This document shows, piece by piece, positions 44,136 through 54,589 of a stretch of DNA of 61,264 bases. The position numbers were made by a program, and so were the translations under genes. Origin of the DNA: Candidatus Nealsonbacteria bacterium (GTDB taxonomy: Bacteria; Patescibacteriota; Minisyncoccia; Minisyncoccales; PWPS01). The DNA lies in contig PWHW01000004.1 of NCBI GenBank assembly GCA_003555075.1, positions 1-61,264 on the forward strand, in the 5' to 3' direction. The notes beneath the pieces are model-generated. The model saw only the letters and a program-made list of their open reading frames with translations. It was not told the DNA's origin and searched no databases. Within the stretch, counting starts at the first letter, position 1; each line of letters begins with the position of its first letter.

Positions 44136-45551
44136 ATGCTATCCAACATGAAAATAAACAGTCTGTCGCTATATTTACTTATATTGCTTGTTATATTTAC
44201 TTACGTTTTTGTATTCCCCGCTCATTTCAATCGGGGAATTGACGTTGTAAATAAGAATACGGGCCTCTCTCTTCCCAAAATAGAGGAGCGTGGCTTTACG
44301 GAGGGTCTTGAGTTGCAAGGAGGAGCTTATTTATTGTATGAAGCGGATCTTGAAAAGATTCCTCGGGGAGAGCGCCCGCAAAGAATGGAAGGGCTCAGGG
44401 ATATTATTGAAAGAAGAGTGGATCTTTACGGGATAGCGGAGCATTCTGTGCAAGTGAGAGGAGAGAGGCTTGCCGTGGAGATTCCTGGGGCTCACGACCT
44501 AGAAGAAGCAATAGATATCATAGGAGAGACTCCCTTTTTGGACTTTAGGGAGATCTCTGAAGAACTTGTCAAAGAACAGGAGGAAAAATGGAAAGAGATA
44601 GAGGAGCATCTCGGAAAAAAGAAGTGGGAAATAGACAGAGAGGAATTGGTGGAATTGGAAGGAGAAGTGGAAGGATGGGAGATAGTGCTTCAAGAGCCTT
44701 ATGTAAAAACGGATCTTACGGGAGAGCACCTTGATAATGCGGGAGTGGTCGCTGACCCCGTAAGTCAAGATCCTGTCATTACTTTAGAGTTCAACGAAAA
44801 AGGGGAAAGGCTTTTTGCGGAGATAACTTCGCGGAACGTGGGGAAATCACTTGCCACCTTCCTTGACGGAGAAATTTTACAGGAAGCGACTGTTCAAGAA
44901 AAGATCACGGGCGGAAGAGCTCAGATTACGGGAGATTTTTCCATGGAAGAGGCTTATGAGATAGCAAGGGACCTTCGTATAGGGGCTCTTCCTGTTCCCA
45001 TAGAACTTGTAACTCAAAGAAGCATTGGACCCACTCTGGGAGAAGATGCTTTGGATAACTCCATACAAGCGGGCATATATGGATTTCTTTTGGTGGCTCT
45101 TTTCATGATATTGGTTTATCGGTTACCCGGTCTTGCCTCTGTTATATCTCTTGCCATTTATATGCTTCTTGTTGCTTTCCTTTTGAAATATATTCCGGTA
45201 ACCATCACTCTATCCGGAATGGCTGGTTTTCTTTTGTCGGTAGGAATGGCCATTGATGCGAACATACTTGTTCTCTCACGCATGAGAGAGGAAATGAAAA
45301 AAGGAAAAACAATAGGAGAGAGCATAGAAGAGGGATACTTGAAAGCTTGGTCGTCCATAAGGGATGGCAATTTTACCACCCTCATGGTTGCTATCATCCT
45401 TTTCTTTATTACTACCAGCTTTGTAAGAGGATTTGCCATCACCTTGATACTGGGTATTGTAGTAAGCCTGTTTTGTGCCATGATAGTGAATCGCATATTA
45501 CTATCCTTTTTTAACGATAAAATGTCAAAAGCAAGAAAATTGTGGACATAA
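44136..45551 (+). CDS. secD: Protein-export membrane protein SecD
   Basis: GLELQGG, IERRVD, LRIGALPVP, IGPTLG, GMAIDANIL, FVRGFA.TL. Confidence 0.95.
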   Translation: MLSNMKINSLSLYLLILLVIFTYVFVFPAHFNRGIDVVNKNTGLSLPKIEERGFTEGLELQGGAYLLYEADLEKIPRGERPQRMEGLRDIIERRVDLYGIAEHSVQVRGERLAVEIPGAHDLEEAIDIIGETPFLDFREISEELVKEQEEKWKEIEEHLGKKKWEIDREELVELEGEVEGWEIVLQEPYVKTDLTGEHLDNAGVVADPVSQDPVITLEFNEKGERLFAEITSRNVGKSLATFLDGEILQEATVQEKITGGRAQITGDFSMEEAYEIARDLRIGALPVPIELVTQRSIGPTLGEDALDNSIQAGIYGFLLVALFMILVYRLPGLASVISLAIYMLLVAFLLKYIPVTITLSGMAGFLLSVGMAIDANILVLSRMREEMKKGKTIGESIEEGYLKAWSSIRDGNFTTLMVAIILFFITTSFVRGFAITLILGIVVSLFCAMIVNRILLSFFNDKMSKARKLWT

Positions 45552-45556
45552 AGAAC

Positions 45557-46456
45557 ATGAATTTCGAATTTCTTAAACACAGAAAGATATATTATATAAT
45601 TTCTTCAATATTGGTGCTTGCAAGCATTGGTTTTTTGGTTGTTTTCGGAATAGTTCCCGGTATAGAATTCGCCGGAGGGAGTGTATTGGAAGTAGAATAC
45701 GAAGAACGTCCCTCTATGGAAAAAATATACGAGGATCTGAGAGGGGTCGGTATAAGAGAGGCTGATGTGCAACCTGTGGGAGAAGAAGGGCTGCTCATAA
45801 GGACGGAACGCACTGATGATGAGGTTTATGAGGAAGTAATGGGTGCATTGGAAGGTGCGGAAAGTAGAGATTTTGAGTCAATAGGAGCGCAAGTGGGAGA
45901 TGAGCTCAAAACGATGTCCCTTGTGGCTATTATTTTGGCATCCCTTCTTGTAATAATTTATATTGCTGTGAGTTTCAGGGATGACGATGGCTCGATAAGT
46001 TCCGGTAAATACGGAATAATTGCCACAGGAGTTGCATTTTTACATGATATGCTTATTGTCCTGGGAATCTTTTCGGTTCTTGGATATTTGTATGGAGTGC
46101 AAGTGACCATTCCCATTGCAGTTGCTCTTCTCACTACCTTGGGTTATTCCATTAACGACACAGTGGTCATTTTTGATCGGATTAGAGAGAATTTGATAAA
46201 TAGAAAGGAAAGAAACGAAAAGGTGGATTTGAAAGAAGTGGTAAATAATAGTTTGAACGAGACTTTTGGCAGATCGGTTGGCACATCCCTGACGACCTTG
46301 TTCATTCTTTTATCCCTTTTAATCTTGGGAGGAGCAACGATATTTTATTTCATTCTTGCTCTTATTTTTGGAATAATACTGGGAATGTACTCTTCCATCT
46401 TTCTTGCGGGTCCTTTAGTGCTTGACTGGAACAGTTTGACCAAAAAGGAAAAGTGA
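45557..46456 (+). CDS. secF: Protein-export membrane protein SecF
   Basis: GIEFAGG, HDMLI, LGYSINDTVVIFDRIREN, RSVGTSLTT, YSSIFLA. Confidence 0.95.
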   Translation: MNFEFLKHRKIYYIISSILVLASIGFLVVFGIVPGIEFAGGSVLEVEYEERPSMEKIYEDLRGVGIREADVQPVGEEGLLIRTERTDDEVYEEVMGALEGAESRDFESIGAQVGDELKTMSLVAIILASLLVIIYIAVSFRDDDGSISSGKYGIIATGVAFLHDMLIVLGIFSVLGYLYGVQVTIPIAVALLTTLGYSINDTVVIFDRIRENLINRKERNEKVDLKEVVNNSLNETFGRSVGTSLTTLFILLSLLILGGATIFYFILALIFGIILGMYSSIFLAGPLVLDWNSLTKKEK

Positions 46457-46499
46457 AGTATAAAATAATAATAATATATCTTTGCTTAACGGAAGTTAA

Positions 46500-47477
46500 A
46501 TGTATACCATGTTTAATTACAAAGAAGCTTGTCGGGACATAATAAGCTCTTTACCCGAAAGAACCAAGGATATAGTTTCTCGAAGATTCGGACTTTTCGG
46601 GGGAGAAAAGGAAACCCTTGAATTCATAGGAAAGAACTATGGCGTTACAAGGGAAAGGGTTCGGCAAATTGAAAAAGACGGGGTGAGGCAGGCAAGAAAC
46701 AAATCGGAGCAATACTCCGATATTTTTAATTATTTTGAGAATAAACTAGAGGAGTTCGGCGGCTTGAAACGAGAAGATGTATTTTTGAACATATTGTCCT
46801 ACGAAAAAAATGACAAGAACTGCATAAATTTTCTTTTAAATATTAGCAATTCTCTTTATCGTTTTTCAGAAAATACTGAATTTCATGCTTTTTGGTTGAA
46901 GGATCAAAAAGTATTCTTTAGAGCCAATGAAGTGATAAATGAAGTAAAAAAAGAGTTGAAGAAAAAGAGGAAACTATTATCCGTGAAAGAACTCAGTGCT
47001 AAAAAGGATATTCCCGAAAAGACCATTGTTTCCTATTTGGAGATCTCAAAAAGGATAGTACAGAATGAAGAGGGTAATTTCGGTCTCTTCGAATGGCCGG
47101 AAATAAACCCAAGAGGCATCAAAGATAAGGCGTATCTTGTTCTCAAGAAGTTCGGAAAACCTCTTCACTTCAAAGAGATAGCTTCTCACCTTGGAGATGA
47201 TGCCAATCCACAGACCACTCATAATGAACTCATAAAGGACCCCTCTTTCGTTCTTGTGGGAAGAGGTGTTTATGCCCTTGCAGACTGGGGTTACTCCCCT
47301 GGAGAGGTAAAAGAAGTGATACGGGATATACTAAAGAAAGAAGGAGCTCTCCCGAAGAACGAGATCATAGACCGGGTATCAAAACAAAGAATAGTAAAGA
47401 AGAATACTGTTATACAGAATTTGAGCAATAAAAAGTATTTTGTAAGAACTCCAGATGGAAAATACACTATTGCCTAA
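46500..47477 (+). CDS. Sigma70 region-4 HTH plus C-terminal RNAP-delta/HARE-HTH-like protein
   Basis: RRFGL...TLEFIG..YGVTRERVRQIE; AYLVLKKFGKPLHF.EIA; HNELIKD..FVLVGRG.YAL..WGY. Confidence 0.82.
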   Translation: MYTMFNYKEACRDIISSLPERTKDIVSRRFGLFGGEKETLEFIGKNYGVTRERVRQIEKDGVRQARNKSEQYSDIFNYFENKLEEFGGLKREDVFLNILSYEKNDKNCINFLLNISNSLYRFSENTEFHAFWLKDQKVFFRANEVINEVKKELKKKRKLLSVKELSAKKDIPEKTIVSYLEISKRIVQNEEGNFGLFEWPEINPRGIKDKAYLVLKKFGKPLHFKEIASHLGDDANPQTTHNELIKDPSFVLVGRGVYALADWGYSPGEVKEVIRDILKKEGALPKNEIIDRVSKQRIVKKNTVIQNLSNKKYFVRTPDGKYTIA

Positions 47478-47487
47478 TCCTTTCGAG

Positions 47488-48783
47488 ATGATTCTCCAGT
47501 ACGCCAAATTTATTGAAGATTTGGCACCTTTTTTAGGACTTTTGACAGAAATTCTTTGGGGGTGGATATGGTTCTTTCTTCCTTTTATTTTATGGCCCAT
47601 AGTAAAAGAGAGATGGCTCTTTTGGCGCGAGGAGATAAGAGATGATCCGTATGTTCTCCTTGAAATAAGGATTCCCGGAGAAATGACGAAACCCATAAGG
47701 GCCATGGAAACCGTTCTTTCCGGTTTTTGGCAAATATACGGTCCTCCTAATTGGTTTGAACAGTGGTGGGAAGGAAAATCCAACCCGGACTTCTCGTTGG
47801 AGATAGCTTCCATTGATGGAATTCCTCATTTTTTGGTACGTGCTCCCGCAAAGCAAAGAGTTGTTTTCGAACAACATATTTATGCTCAATATCCTCAAGC
47901 GGAGATCAATGAGGTGGAGGACTATACGACCAAGGTTCCCAAGAACATCCCCAATGAGAAATGGGATATCTGGGGCACGGACTATAAGATGATTAATGAT
48001 TGTTTTCCGCTAAGAACTTATCGTGATTTTGAAACGGAGCGAGAAGCTACAGAAGAGAAGAGAATAGATCCCATAGCATCCCTTCTTGAGGGGTTGAGCA
48101 AATTGGAAAAGGGCGAACAATTATGGATTATCATAAAAGCAGAGCCTGTGACTGACGACGAAAGTGGTTTCATGAAAAAGGCCAAAAAGGAATATCAAAA
48201 GTTGGCGGGAAGAAAAGAGAAACCTCCTCCGTTCTCCTTCCTGGAAGATTTTTTCAACACTCTTACCGGATATCCTCCCAAAAAAGAGGCTCCGGAAGAT
48301 GAGGCTTTTCCGGAGATGAAACTTACTCCCGGAGAGAAAGAGAAAGTGGCTGCCATAGAGAGAAAGATGTCCAAGCAATTTTTTAAATGTTTCATTCGCT
48401 ATGCTTATATAGCAAAGAGAGATAAGTTTTCCGGTAGCAGAATAAAAATACCCATGAGTTATTTCAATCACTTCAATATTCCGGGAATGGGAACCATAAT
48501 ACCTCATGCTGAAACGATCACTAAAGTGAAGCAGAATTGGTATGATTGGTTCTGGAAGATAGAGGAAAGACTTTATGTTAAAAAAAGAAGAATGTTTCGC
48601 AACTTTCTAAGGAGGGTGCCTGCCTTTTTCCCTGTCAGCAAGGGTGATGAAAAATTTATCTTGAATGTCGAAGAGCTTGCCACTATTTATCACTTTCCAT
48701 CCAAGGTATCTGCTCCTCCCTCTGTGATCCAACGCGTAGAAGCGAAGAAAAAAGAGGCTCCTCACGATCTTCCCACCGAATGA
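47488..48783 (+). CDS. Conserved membrane-anchored protein preceding the VirD4-like ATPase
   Basis: N-terminal TM helices, LLEIRIP, FSLEIAS, EQHIYAQYP.AEI.EV.DY, LNVEELATIYHFP. Confidence 0.8.
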   Translation: MILQYAKFIEDLAPFLGLLTEILWGWIWFFLPFILWPIVKERWLFWREEIRDDPYVLLEIRIPGEMTKPIRAMETVLSGFWQIYGPPNWFEQWWEGKSNPDFSLEIASIDGIPHFLVRAPAKQRVVFEQHIYAQYPQAEINEVEDYTTKVPKNIPNEKWDIWGTDYKMINDCFPLRTYRDFETEREATEEKRIDPIASLLEGLSKLEKGEQLWIIIKAEPVTDDESGFMKKAKKEYQKLAGRKEKPPPFSFLEDFFNTLTGYPPKKEAPEDEAFPEMKLTPGEKEKVAAIERKMSKQFFKCFIRYAYIAKRDKFSGSRIKIPMSYFNHFNIPGMGTIIPHAETITKVKQNWYDWFWKIEERLYVKKRRMFRNFLRRVPAFFPVSKGDEKFILNVEELATIYHFPSKVSAPPSVIQRVEAKKKEAPHDLPTE

Positions 48784-48843
48784 TGCTTTACAAGAGATTA
48801 TAAAATCTTCACAATTAAGAGAGTAAAGAGTTAAGCGTAATCT

Positions 48844-50535
48844 ATGGAAAAAGATGACATCACATTTTTTGGAGTAACCAATTTTAGGAATCAAAGGAAG
48901 AAATTCGGCATCAAAAGGGATGACAGAACCAGGCATTTCTACACCATAGGTAAAACCGGGATGGGTAAGACGGCCATGCTTGAAAACATGGCAGTGCAGG
49001 ATATTCAAAGAGGAGAGGGGGTGGGCTTTATAGATCCCCATGGAGAGGCAGCTGAAAAACTCTTAAGCTTTATTCCCGAGCACCGCATAAATGATGTGGT
49101 GTATTTCAATCCGGCCAATCTGGAGAGGGCGATTGGATTCAATGTAATGGAAAAGGTGGATCCGGATTATCGTCATTTGGTTGCTTCCGGACTTATGGGT
49201 GTTTTTAAGAAAATATGGCCTGATGTCTGGTCTCCAAGAATGGAGTATATCTTGAATAATACCATTCTTGCACTTCTTGATTATCCCAATTCCACTTTAT
49301 TGGGGATAAATCGAATGATGTCCGATCCGGACTTTAGAAGAAAGGTGGTGGACAAGATACAGGATCCGGTAGTGAAGTCGTTCTGGACAAAGGAATTTGC
49401 TTCTTGGAGCCAACAATATGCGACCGAGGCGGTTGCCGCTATTCAGAACAAAGTAGGTCAATTCACTTCTGCGGGAATTGTAAGGAATATTGTGGGGCAA
49501 GTGAACTCCACAATAAGTATGAATGACATAATGGACAATCAAAAGATATTTATAGCAAATCTTTCGAAAGGAAAAATAGGAGAGGACAATTCTACTTTAT
49601 TAGGAGCTTTGATCATTACGAAGCTTCAACTTGCTGCCATGGAGAGGGTTAATTTCCCCGAGCACGAGAGAAAGGATTTTTATCTTTATATTGATGAATT
49701 TCAGAATTTTGCCACAAGATCCTTTATAGGCATACTTTCCGAGGCTCGTAAATACAGGCTTAATTTGATCTTGAGCCATCAGTATATTGGACAGTTGGAC
49801 GAACAGGACACAGAAGGAACTCATATGAGAGATGCCATCTTCGGGAATGTGGGAACTATAGTCACTTTTCGCTTGGGAGCCAAGGATGCTGAGCTTTTGG
49901 AGAAGGAATTTACTCCTGAAATTGCCATGGAAGATCTTATAAACCTTCCCAAGTACAACATATATACCAAATTAATGATAAACGGGATAGCGGGAGAACC
50001 CTTTTCGGCAGAAACCATGCCTCCTCCCGATATTCCTGAAAAAAATATTGCGGATAAGATTATTCGTGTTTCGGGAGAACGTTATGCCGCTGACAGGAAA
50101 AAAGTTGAGGAAAAACTTTCCAGGTGGTTGGGGGAATTCAAGGAAGCGGCGGAAACAAGAGAGAACATAAAAGGAGAGCCGAATCAAGAGCTTTTTGATG
50201 CTAATTGTTCGGCCTGCGGAAAGAAGACAAAAGTTCCTTTTTTACCGGACGGAAGTAGGCCCATATATTGCAAAAGTTGCCGTAAAAAGGCCAAAAGAAA
50301 GAAAGAGGCCGGTGAAGAAATGAGTGAAGCCAAAAACGAGAAGAATGAAGGTGAAAAAAAAGAAGAGAAAGGAAATATCACCACAGAGAAGGAGAACAAA
50401 GAACCCTCCTCAAAAAAGAATGTTTCTTTAAGGGAGGCCCTTGAGGAGGCCAAAGAAGAGGATGAAACCGAAAAAGAGAAGCCCGAGGGCTTGAAAAAAG
50501 CTCTTCGGGACGCTTTTAAGAAAAAGAGAGAGTGA
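48844..50535 (+). CDS. VirD4/TraD/HerA-like P-loop ATPase with a C-terminal CxxC-x17-CxxC zinc motif
   Basis: GKTGMGKT, FIDPHG, LYIDEFQNF, SEARKYRL, CSACG..VPF.P...RPIYCKSC. Confidence 0.9.
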   Translation: MEKDDITFFGVTNFRNQRKKFGIKRDDRTRHFYTIGKTGMGKTAMLENMAVQDIQRGEGVGFIDPHGEAAEKLLSFIPEHRINDVVYFNPANLERAIGFNVMEKVDPDYRHLVASGLMGVFKKIWPDVWSPRMEYILNNTILALLDYPNSTLLGINRMMSDPDFRRKVVDKIQDPVVKSFWTKEFASWSQQYATEAVAAIQNKVGQFTSAGIVRNIVGQVNSTISMNDIMDNQKIFIANLSKGKIGEDNSTLLGALIITKLQLAAMERVNFPEHERKDFYLYIDEFQNFATRSFIGILSEARKYRLNLILSHQYIGQLDEQDTEGTHMRDAIFGNVGTIVTFRLGAKDAELLEKEFTPEIAMEDLINLPKYNIYTKLMINGIAGEPFSAETMPPPDIPEKNIADKIIRVSGERYAADRKKVEEKLSRWLGEFKEAAETRENIKGEPNQELFDANCSACGKKTKVPFLPDGSRPIYCKSCRKKAKRKKEAGEEMSEAKNEKNEGEKKEEKGNITTEKENKEPSSKKNVSLREALEEAKEEDETEKEKPEGLKKALRDAFKKKRE

Positions 50536-50601
50536 TCTCTTGTATAAAAAGGGGCGAGGTAAATACGGAGGAGAATCCTTTGAGAGTCTTCTTCTTATAG
50601 A

Positions 50602-51801
50602 ATGAAAAAAATAAATGACATAAAAATAAAAGGGAAGCACGTCTTGGTAAGGTGTGACCTCAACGTCTCTTTGGACGAAAAAAAAGAAATAAAGAATGAT
50701 CTTCGTATTCGTGAAGCTCTTCCCACTATTGATTATCTTGCTCGCAACGGAGCCAAAGTCGTTTTGATCAGTCATTTTGCGGAACCGGAAGAAAAAAAAG
50801 ATATGGAGGAAAAGGAAAGGACAGAAGTCGGAAAAGGAACTATTTTGCCTATAAAGGAGCGTATATCAAAACTTATGGGGAGGAGGGATATTCGCTTTGT
50901 CCCTGATTGCATCGGAGAAGGAGTGGAAAAAGAGGTGAAAGGATTAAAGGAAGGTGATATATTGCTCTTGGAAAATGTGCGAATTTATAAGGAAGAGAAA
51001 GATAACTCAGAAGAGTTTGGAAGAGAACTTTCCAAACTTGGAGATATTTTTGTAAATGATGCTTTTTCAGTGTCGCATAGAGCTCATGCCTCAGTAGCGC
51101 GAATCCCTTCTTTCATTCCTTCTGTGACCGGGATGCTCTTTGAAAAAGAGAAGAAGATACTTGATAGAGTGCAAAGAGCTCCCAAAAGGCCAATAGTGGC
51201 AATAATAGGAGGGGCAAAGGTTGAATCCAAAATACCGGCTGTTAATTTCTTTCTTGAAAAGAGCGATCATGTATTGCTTGGAGGAAAAATAGCAAATGCT
51301 CTTCTTGCAGCCCGAGGAATTGCCCTTGATCTTCCGGCACCAAAGGATGGACTTATGGACACTATCAAGAAAATGGATTATACCTCCCCAAGATTACATC
51401 TTCCTGTCGATGTAATAACTTCTTATGATAATGAAGGAAGAAGCGGCTTGAAAGAGACGGCTCCCGGGAAAATTGGAAAAGAAAAGGATGTTTTTGATAT
51501 AGGAAGCGAAACCAGGAAACTTTATGGCAACATCATAAGGCAAGCGGGAACAATAATCTGGGCAGGCCCCTTAGGTCTTTCCGAAAAGGAACCCTTCAAG
51601 AAGGGAACCGAGGAGGTAGGGCGTATGGTGGCAGAAAACAAGAAGGCGCTTAAGGTGGTGGGTGGAGGTGATACCGGTGAGGCACTCATGAGATTCGGAT
51701 TCTTAAAAGAAATGGATCTTGTTTCTTGTGGTGGAGGAGCTATGCTCACTTATTTGAGCGGAGGAAGGATGCCGGGGATAGAGGCCTTGAAAGCCTCTTG
51801 A
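50602..51801 (+). CDS. pgk: Phosphoglycerate kinase
   Basis: VLVRCDLNV, NDAFSVSHRAHAS, IIGGAKV, VGGGDT, SCGGGA.L. Confidence 0.96.
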   Translation: MKKINDIKIKGKHVLVRCDLNVSLDEKKEIKNDLRIREALPTIDYLARNGAKVVLISHFAEPEEKKDMEEKERTEVGKGTILPIKERISKLMGRRDIRFVPDCIGEGVEKEVKGLKEGDILLLENVRIYKEEKDNSEEFGRELSKLGDIFVNDAFSVSHRAHASVARIPSFIPSVTGMLFEKEKKILDRVQRAPKRPIVAIIGGAKVESKIPAVNFFLEKSDHVLLGGKIANALLAARGIALDLPAPKDGLMDTIKKMDYTSPRLHLPVDVITSYDNEGRSGLKETAPGKIGKEKDVFDIGSETRKLYGNIIRQAGTIIWAGPLGLSEKEPFKKGTEEVGRMVAENKKALKVVGGGDTGEALMRFGFLKEMDLVSCGGGAMLTYLSGGRMPGIEALKAS

Positions 51802-51865
51802 ATGGCTGTGGTTACGGCTAAAGGAGGCCCGGAGAGAAATATTTAAATCTTATTTTTTTATTCTT

Positions 51866-53023
51866 ATGACCACCGAAATGAAAAACCTGGAAAAAGTAGC
51901 GGAACGCTTAAAGAGAGCTGCAAAAGAAGGAGAAAGGGTCATACTTTTCGGTGATTCGGATCTTGATGGCATAACTTCCGTAATGATGGTAAAAGAGACA
52001 ATAGAGTTTTTAGGGGGTGCAACTCCTTCCGTATATATTTCTGACAGGGAAAAATGGGGATATGGACTTAGTAAAGAGGCTGTCTGTTCCATAAACGAGA
52101 ACCCCCCCGCTCTTATTATTTCCCTTGATTGTGGAATAAGTAATTTTGAAGGAGCAAAGGAGGCTAAAAGGAGGGGTTTTGAGTTGGTGATCGTTGACCA
52201 TCACAAGACCTTCCCGGAACTACCCGAAGCTTCTCTTATTTTGGATCCCATGCAAGAAGGGGATGAGTACCCTTTTAAAAAAATGGCGAATGGCGGAATA
52301 GTATATAAACTCTCGGAGAAGATGCTCGGGAAAGACTTCAGCAAGACGGAGAGAAGGTTTCTTGAACTTGCCACTCTTGCTACTCTTGCAGATATGGTTC
52401 CTCGAAAAGAAGATAATCAGAGGATATTGGAAAAAGGGATGGGCTTTTTGAAGGATTCGAGCATATTCCCTTTGAAAGTCCTTAAAGAGGTGATAGGAGA
52501 AGATAGTTTTTTAGAAAAAATGATCTCTCTTTTAAACATCACAAGTCCTTATGGAAATGTCAATAGTGCATACTTACTATTGGAAGCGAAAGAAAAAAGC
52601 GAAGCAGAAAAATGGATCGAAAAGATAAAAAAAGAAAACGAGGAAAGGAGAGAAGAAATAAAAAGAGAAGAAGAAAAGATAGTCGGGGAAGTGAGCAATG
52701 AAGAGATGATAATATTCAAAGAAGGATCCTTTTCCGCTCCTTTGGCGGGAACCCTTGCATCAAGAGTAATAAGAAAGTGTAAGAAGCCGGTATTCTTGTA
52801 CACAAAAGAATCGGGTATTGCCCGCGGATCTGCGCGAGTTCCTTCGGGGCAGGATGCGGTGGATGCAATGCGCCACTGCAAAAGATATTTGCAGACTTTC
52901 GGGGGTCATCCAGAAGCTGCCGGATTCATTCTCAGGGAAGAGAATGTTAATGATTTCAAGAAGTGTCTTTTGGAGTATTTTAAAGATCAAGAAGAAGAGT
53001 CTTGCAGGGGCGAGGCATCTTAG
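51866..53023 (+). CDS. recJ: RecJ-like DHH/DHHA1 phosphoesterase, short form
   Basis: GDSDLDGITS, R...GYGL, SLDCGI, VDHH, GSAR, FGGHPEAAGF. Confidence 0.82.
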   Translation: MTTEMKNLEKVAERLKRAAKEGERVILFGDSDLDGITSVMMVKETIEFLGGATPSVYISDREKWGYGLSKEAVCSINENPPALIISLDCGISNFEGAKEAKRRGFELVIVDHHKTFPELPEASLILDPMQEGDEYPFKKMANGGIVYKLSEKMLGKDFSKTERRFLELATLATLADMVPRKEDNQRILEKGMGFLKDSSIFPLKVLKEVIGEDSFLEKMISLLNITSPYGNVNSAYLLLEAKEKSEAEKWIEKIKKENEERREEIKREEEKIVGEVSNEEMIIFKEGSFSAPLAGTLASRVIRKCKKPVFLYTKESGIARGSARVPSGQDAVDAMRHCKRYLQTFGGHPEAAGFILREENVNDFKKCLLEYFKDQEEESCRGEAS

Positions 53024-53060
53024 TCATTTTATAAATTAAGAACATTAATATTCTTAAAAG

Positions 53061-53504
53061 ATGAAGAAAATAATAATTTGTACTGATGGAGGATCAAGGG
53101 GAAATCCGGGAAGGGCGGCTGCAGGAGCGGTATTTTGTAATGAAAAAGGCGAGAAAATGAGTGAATATGGGAAGTATCTCGGTGACAGTCTAACAAATAA
53201 TGAAGCGGAGTACATGGCCGCCATTCTTGGCCTTGAGAGGTTCAAGGCCAAGTTCGGGAAAAGGCTTGCAAAAGAAGCGGAAGTAACTCTTTGCAGTGAT
53301 TCCGAGCTTCTTGTAAGGCAAATGCAAGGAAAATATAAGATTGAGAACGAGAGACTGCAACCTCTTTTTTTGAAACTTTGGAATTTATGCTTTGATTTCA
53401 AGAAAGTGAAATTCAAGAGTGTTCCTCGTGATCAGAACAAAGATGCTGATCGATTGGTGAACGAAGCCCTTGATAACGAAGGAAGAGAGGAAAAACTTTT
53501 TTAA
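53061..53504 (+). CDS. rnhA: Ribonuclease HI
   Basis: TDGGSRGNPG.AAAG, TNNEAEY.A, SDSELLVRQM.G.YK, VPRDQNKDAD.L.N. Confidence 0.93.
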   Translation: MKKIIICTDGGSRGNPGRAAAGAVFCNEKGEKMSEYGKYLGDSLTNNEAEYMAAILGLERFKAKFGKRLAKEAEVTLCSDSELLVRQMQGKYKIENERLQPLFLKLWNLCFDFKKVKFKSVPRDQNKDADRLVNEALDNEGREEKLF

Positions 53505-54064
53505 TTCACTCTTCTTACGTACTTTCCCGTTTCCGTGTTTATCTCTATTGTTTCACCTTCTTCCACAAAAAGAGGAACCTCTATTTCTTTGTTCGTTTCC
53601 AGTGTTGCTGTTTTTGTTCCACCCTCGGCAGTGTTGCCCCTTATTCCCGGAGGAGCTTCTTTTATCTTAAGTGTGACCTTTGCGGGGAGGGATATACCGA
53701 TTATTTTTTCTTGAAACAAAAGGGCTGTAATTGTTGCTCCTTGAGTAAGATAATCTCCTTTCTCTCCCAACTGATCTTTGCTTAGCTTGAAACGCTTGGA
53801 AGAATCTCCTTCTTCGTGAAAAATGTATTCTCCTCTGCGAGAGTAAATAAAGACAGCATTCATTTTATCAATATCTGCTTCTTCTATCTCCTCGGAAGGA
53901 TGAAAATTCCTCTTTAATGTTGTTCCGGTACGCATATTTCTTAACTTTGTTTGCATTACTGACCTTCCTCTCGCTTTCACCTTATGAGAATGCTCCAGCA
54001 CTTCGTAAGGATCGTGGTTTAGTTCGATCATCTTTCCTTTCTTGATCTCGGTATGTTTAAGCAT
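53501..54064 (-). CDS. efp: Translation elongation factor P
   Basis: TKLRNMRTG, GDYL..G, LPAKV.L.I.EAPPGIRGNTA.GG.K.ATLET...VPLFVEEG. Confidence 0.95.
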   Translation of the reverse strand: MLKHTEIKKGKMIELNHDPYEVLEHSHKVKARGRSVMQTKLRNMRTGTTLKRNFHPSEEIEEADIDKMNAVFIYSRRGEYIFHEEGDSSKRFKLSKDQLGEKGDYLTQGATITALLFQEKIIGISLPAKVTLKIKEAPPGIRGNTAEGGTKTATLETNKEIEVPLFVEEGETIEINTETGKYVRRVN

Positions 54065-54142
54065 AAATATTTCTTTTTAATATTGAAAATTTTTTAATTT
54101 GGGGTATAATATAGCACATTCAAAGGAAAGGAGGGAAGTAGT

Positions 54143-54586
54143 GTGGAATATATGGTTCTTTTTCTGGTAATATGTCCCTTTCTTTTTATAATTTATGCTT
54201 CTTATAATAAGGAAGAGGCGAAATATAGAATAAGGAGGGGAGAGTATGAGCAGGGTGTTGATGCCGCCCTAAGAGGAATGGGTATTGTTCAAAGAGATTT
54301 GCTTGAGCCCGTGGAAAAAAAGTTGAAAGAGACAGACATCTTTGAGGTAGATCATCTTTCCAGGAAAGAAAGAAGAGTGATAATGAAATATATGCTTTAT
54401 CTTTGTCGCTTTCATGGATTTTGCTTTGACAACAAGTATTTAAGGGTTTTGGCAAACAAAGCGATAAGTGAAAGAGATGTCTTTCTCCTAAGATTAGCAG
54501 CAAAGATATCTTCTTCAAGTGCTTATGAGAAGATTTTTTTGAAGGAGGCGGAAGAAATTAGCAGAAACAAAAAAAGGGGGAGGTAA
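54143..54586 (+). CDS. Hypothetical protein with an N-terminal TM helix
   Basis: 147-aa ORF with an AAGGAGGG RBS. Confidence 0.7.
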   Translation: MEYMVLFLVICPFLFIIYASYNKEEAKYRIRRGEYEQGVDAALRGMGIVQRDLLEPVEKKLKETDIFEVDHLSRKERRVIMKYMLYLCRFHGFCFDNKYLRVLANKAISERDVFLLRLAAKISSSSAYEKIFLKEAEEISRNKKRGR

Positions 54587-54589
54587 GAA

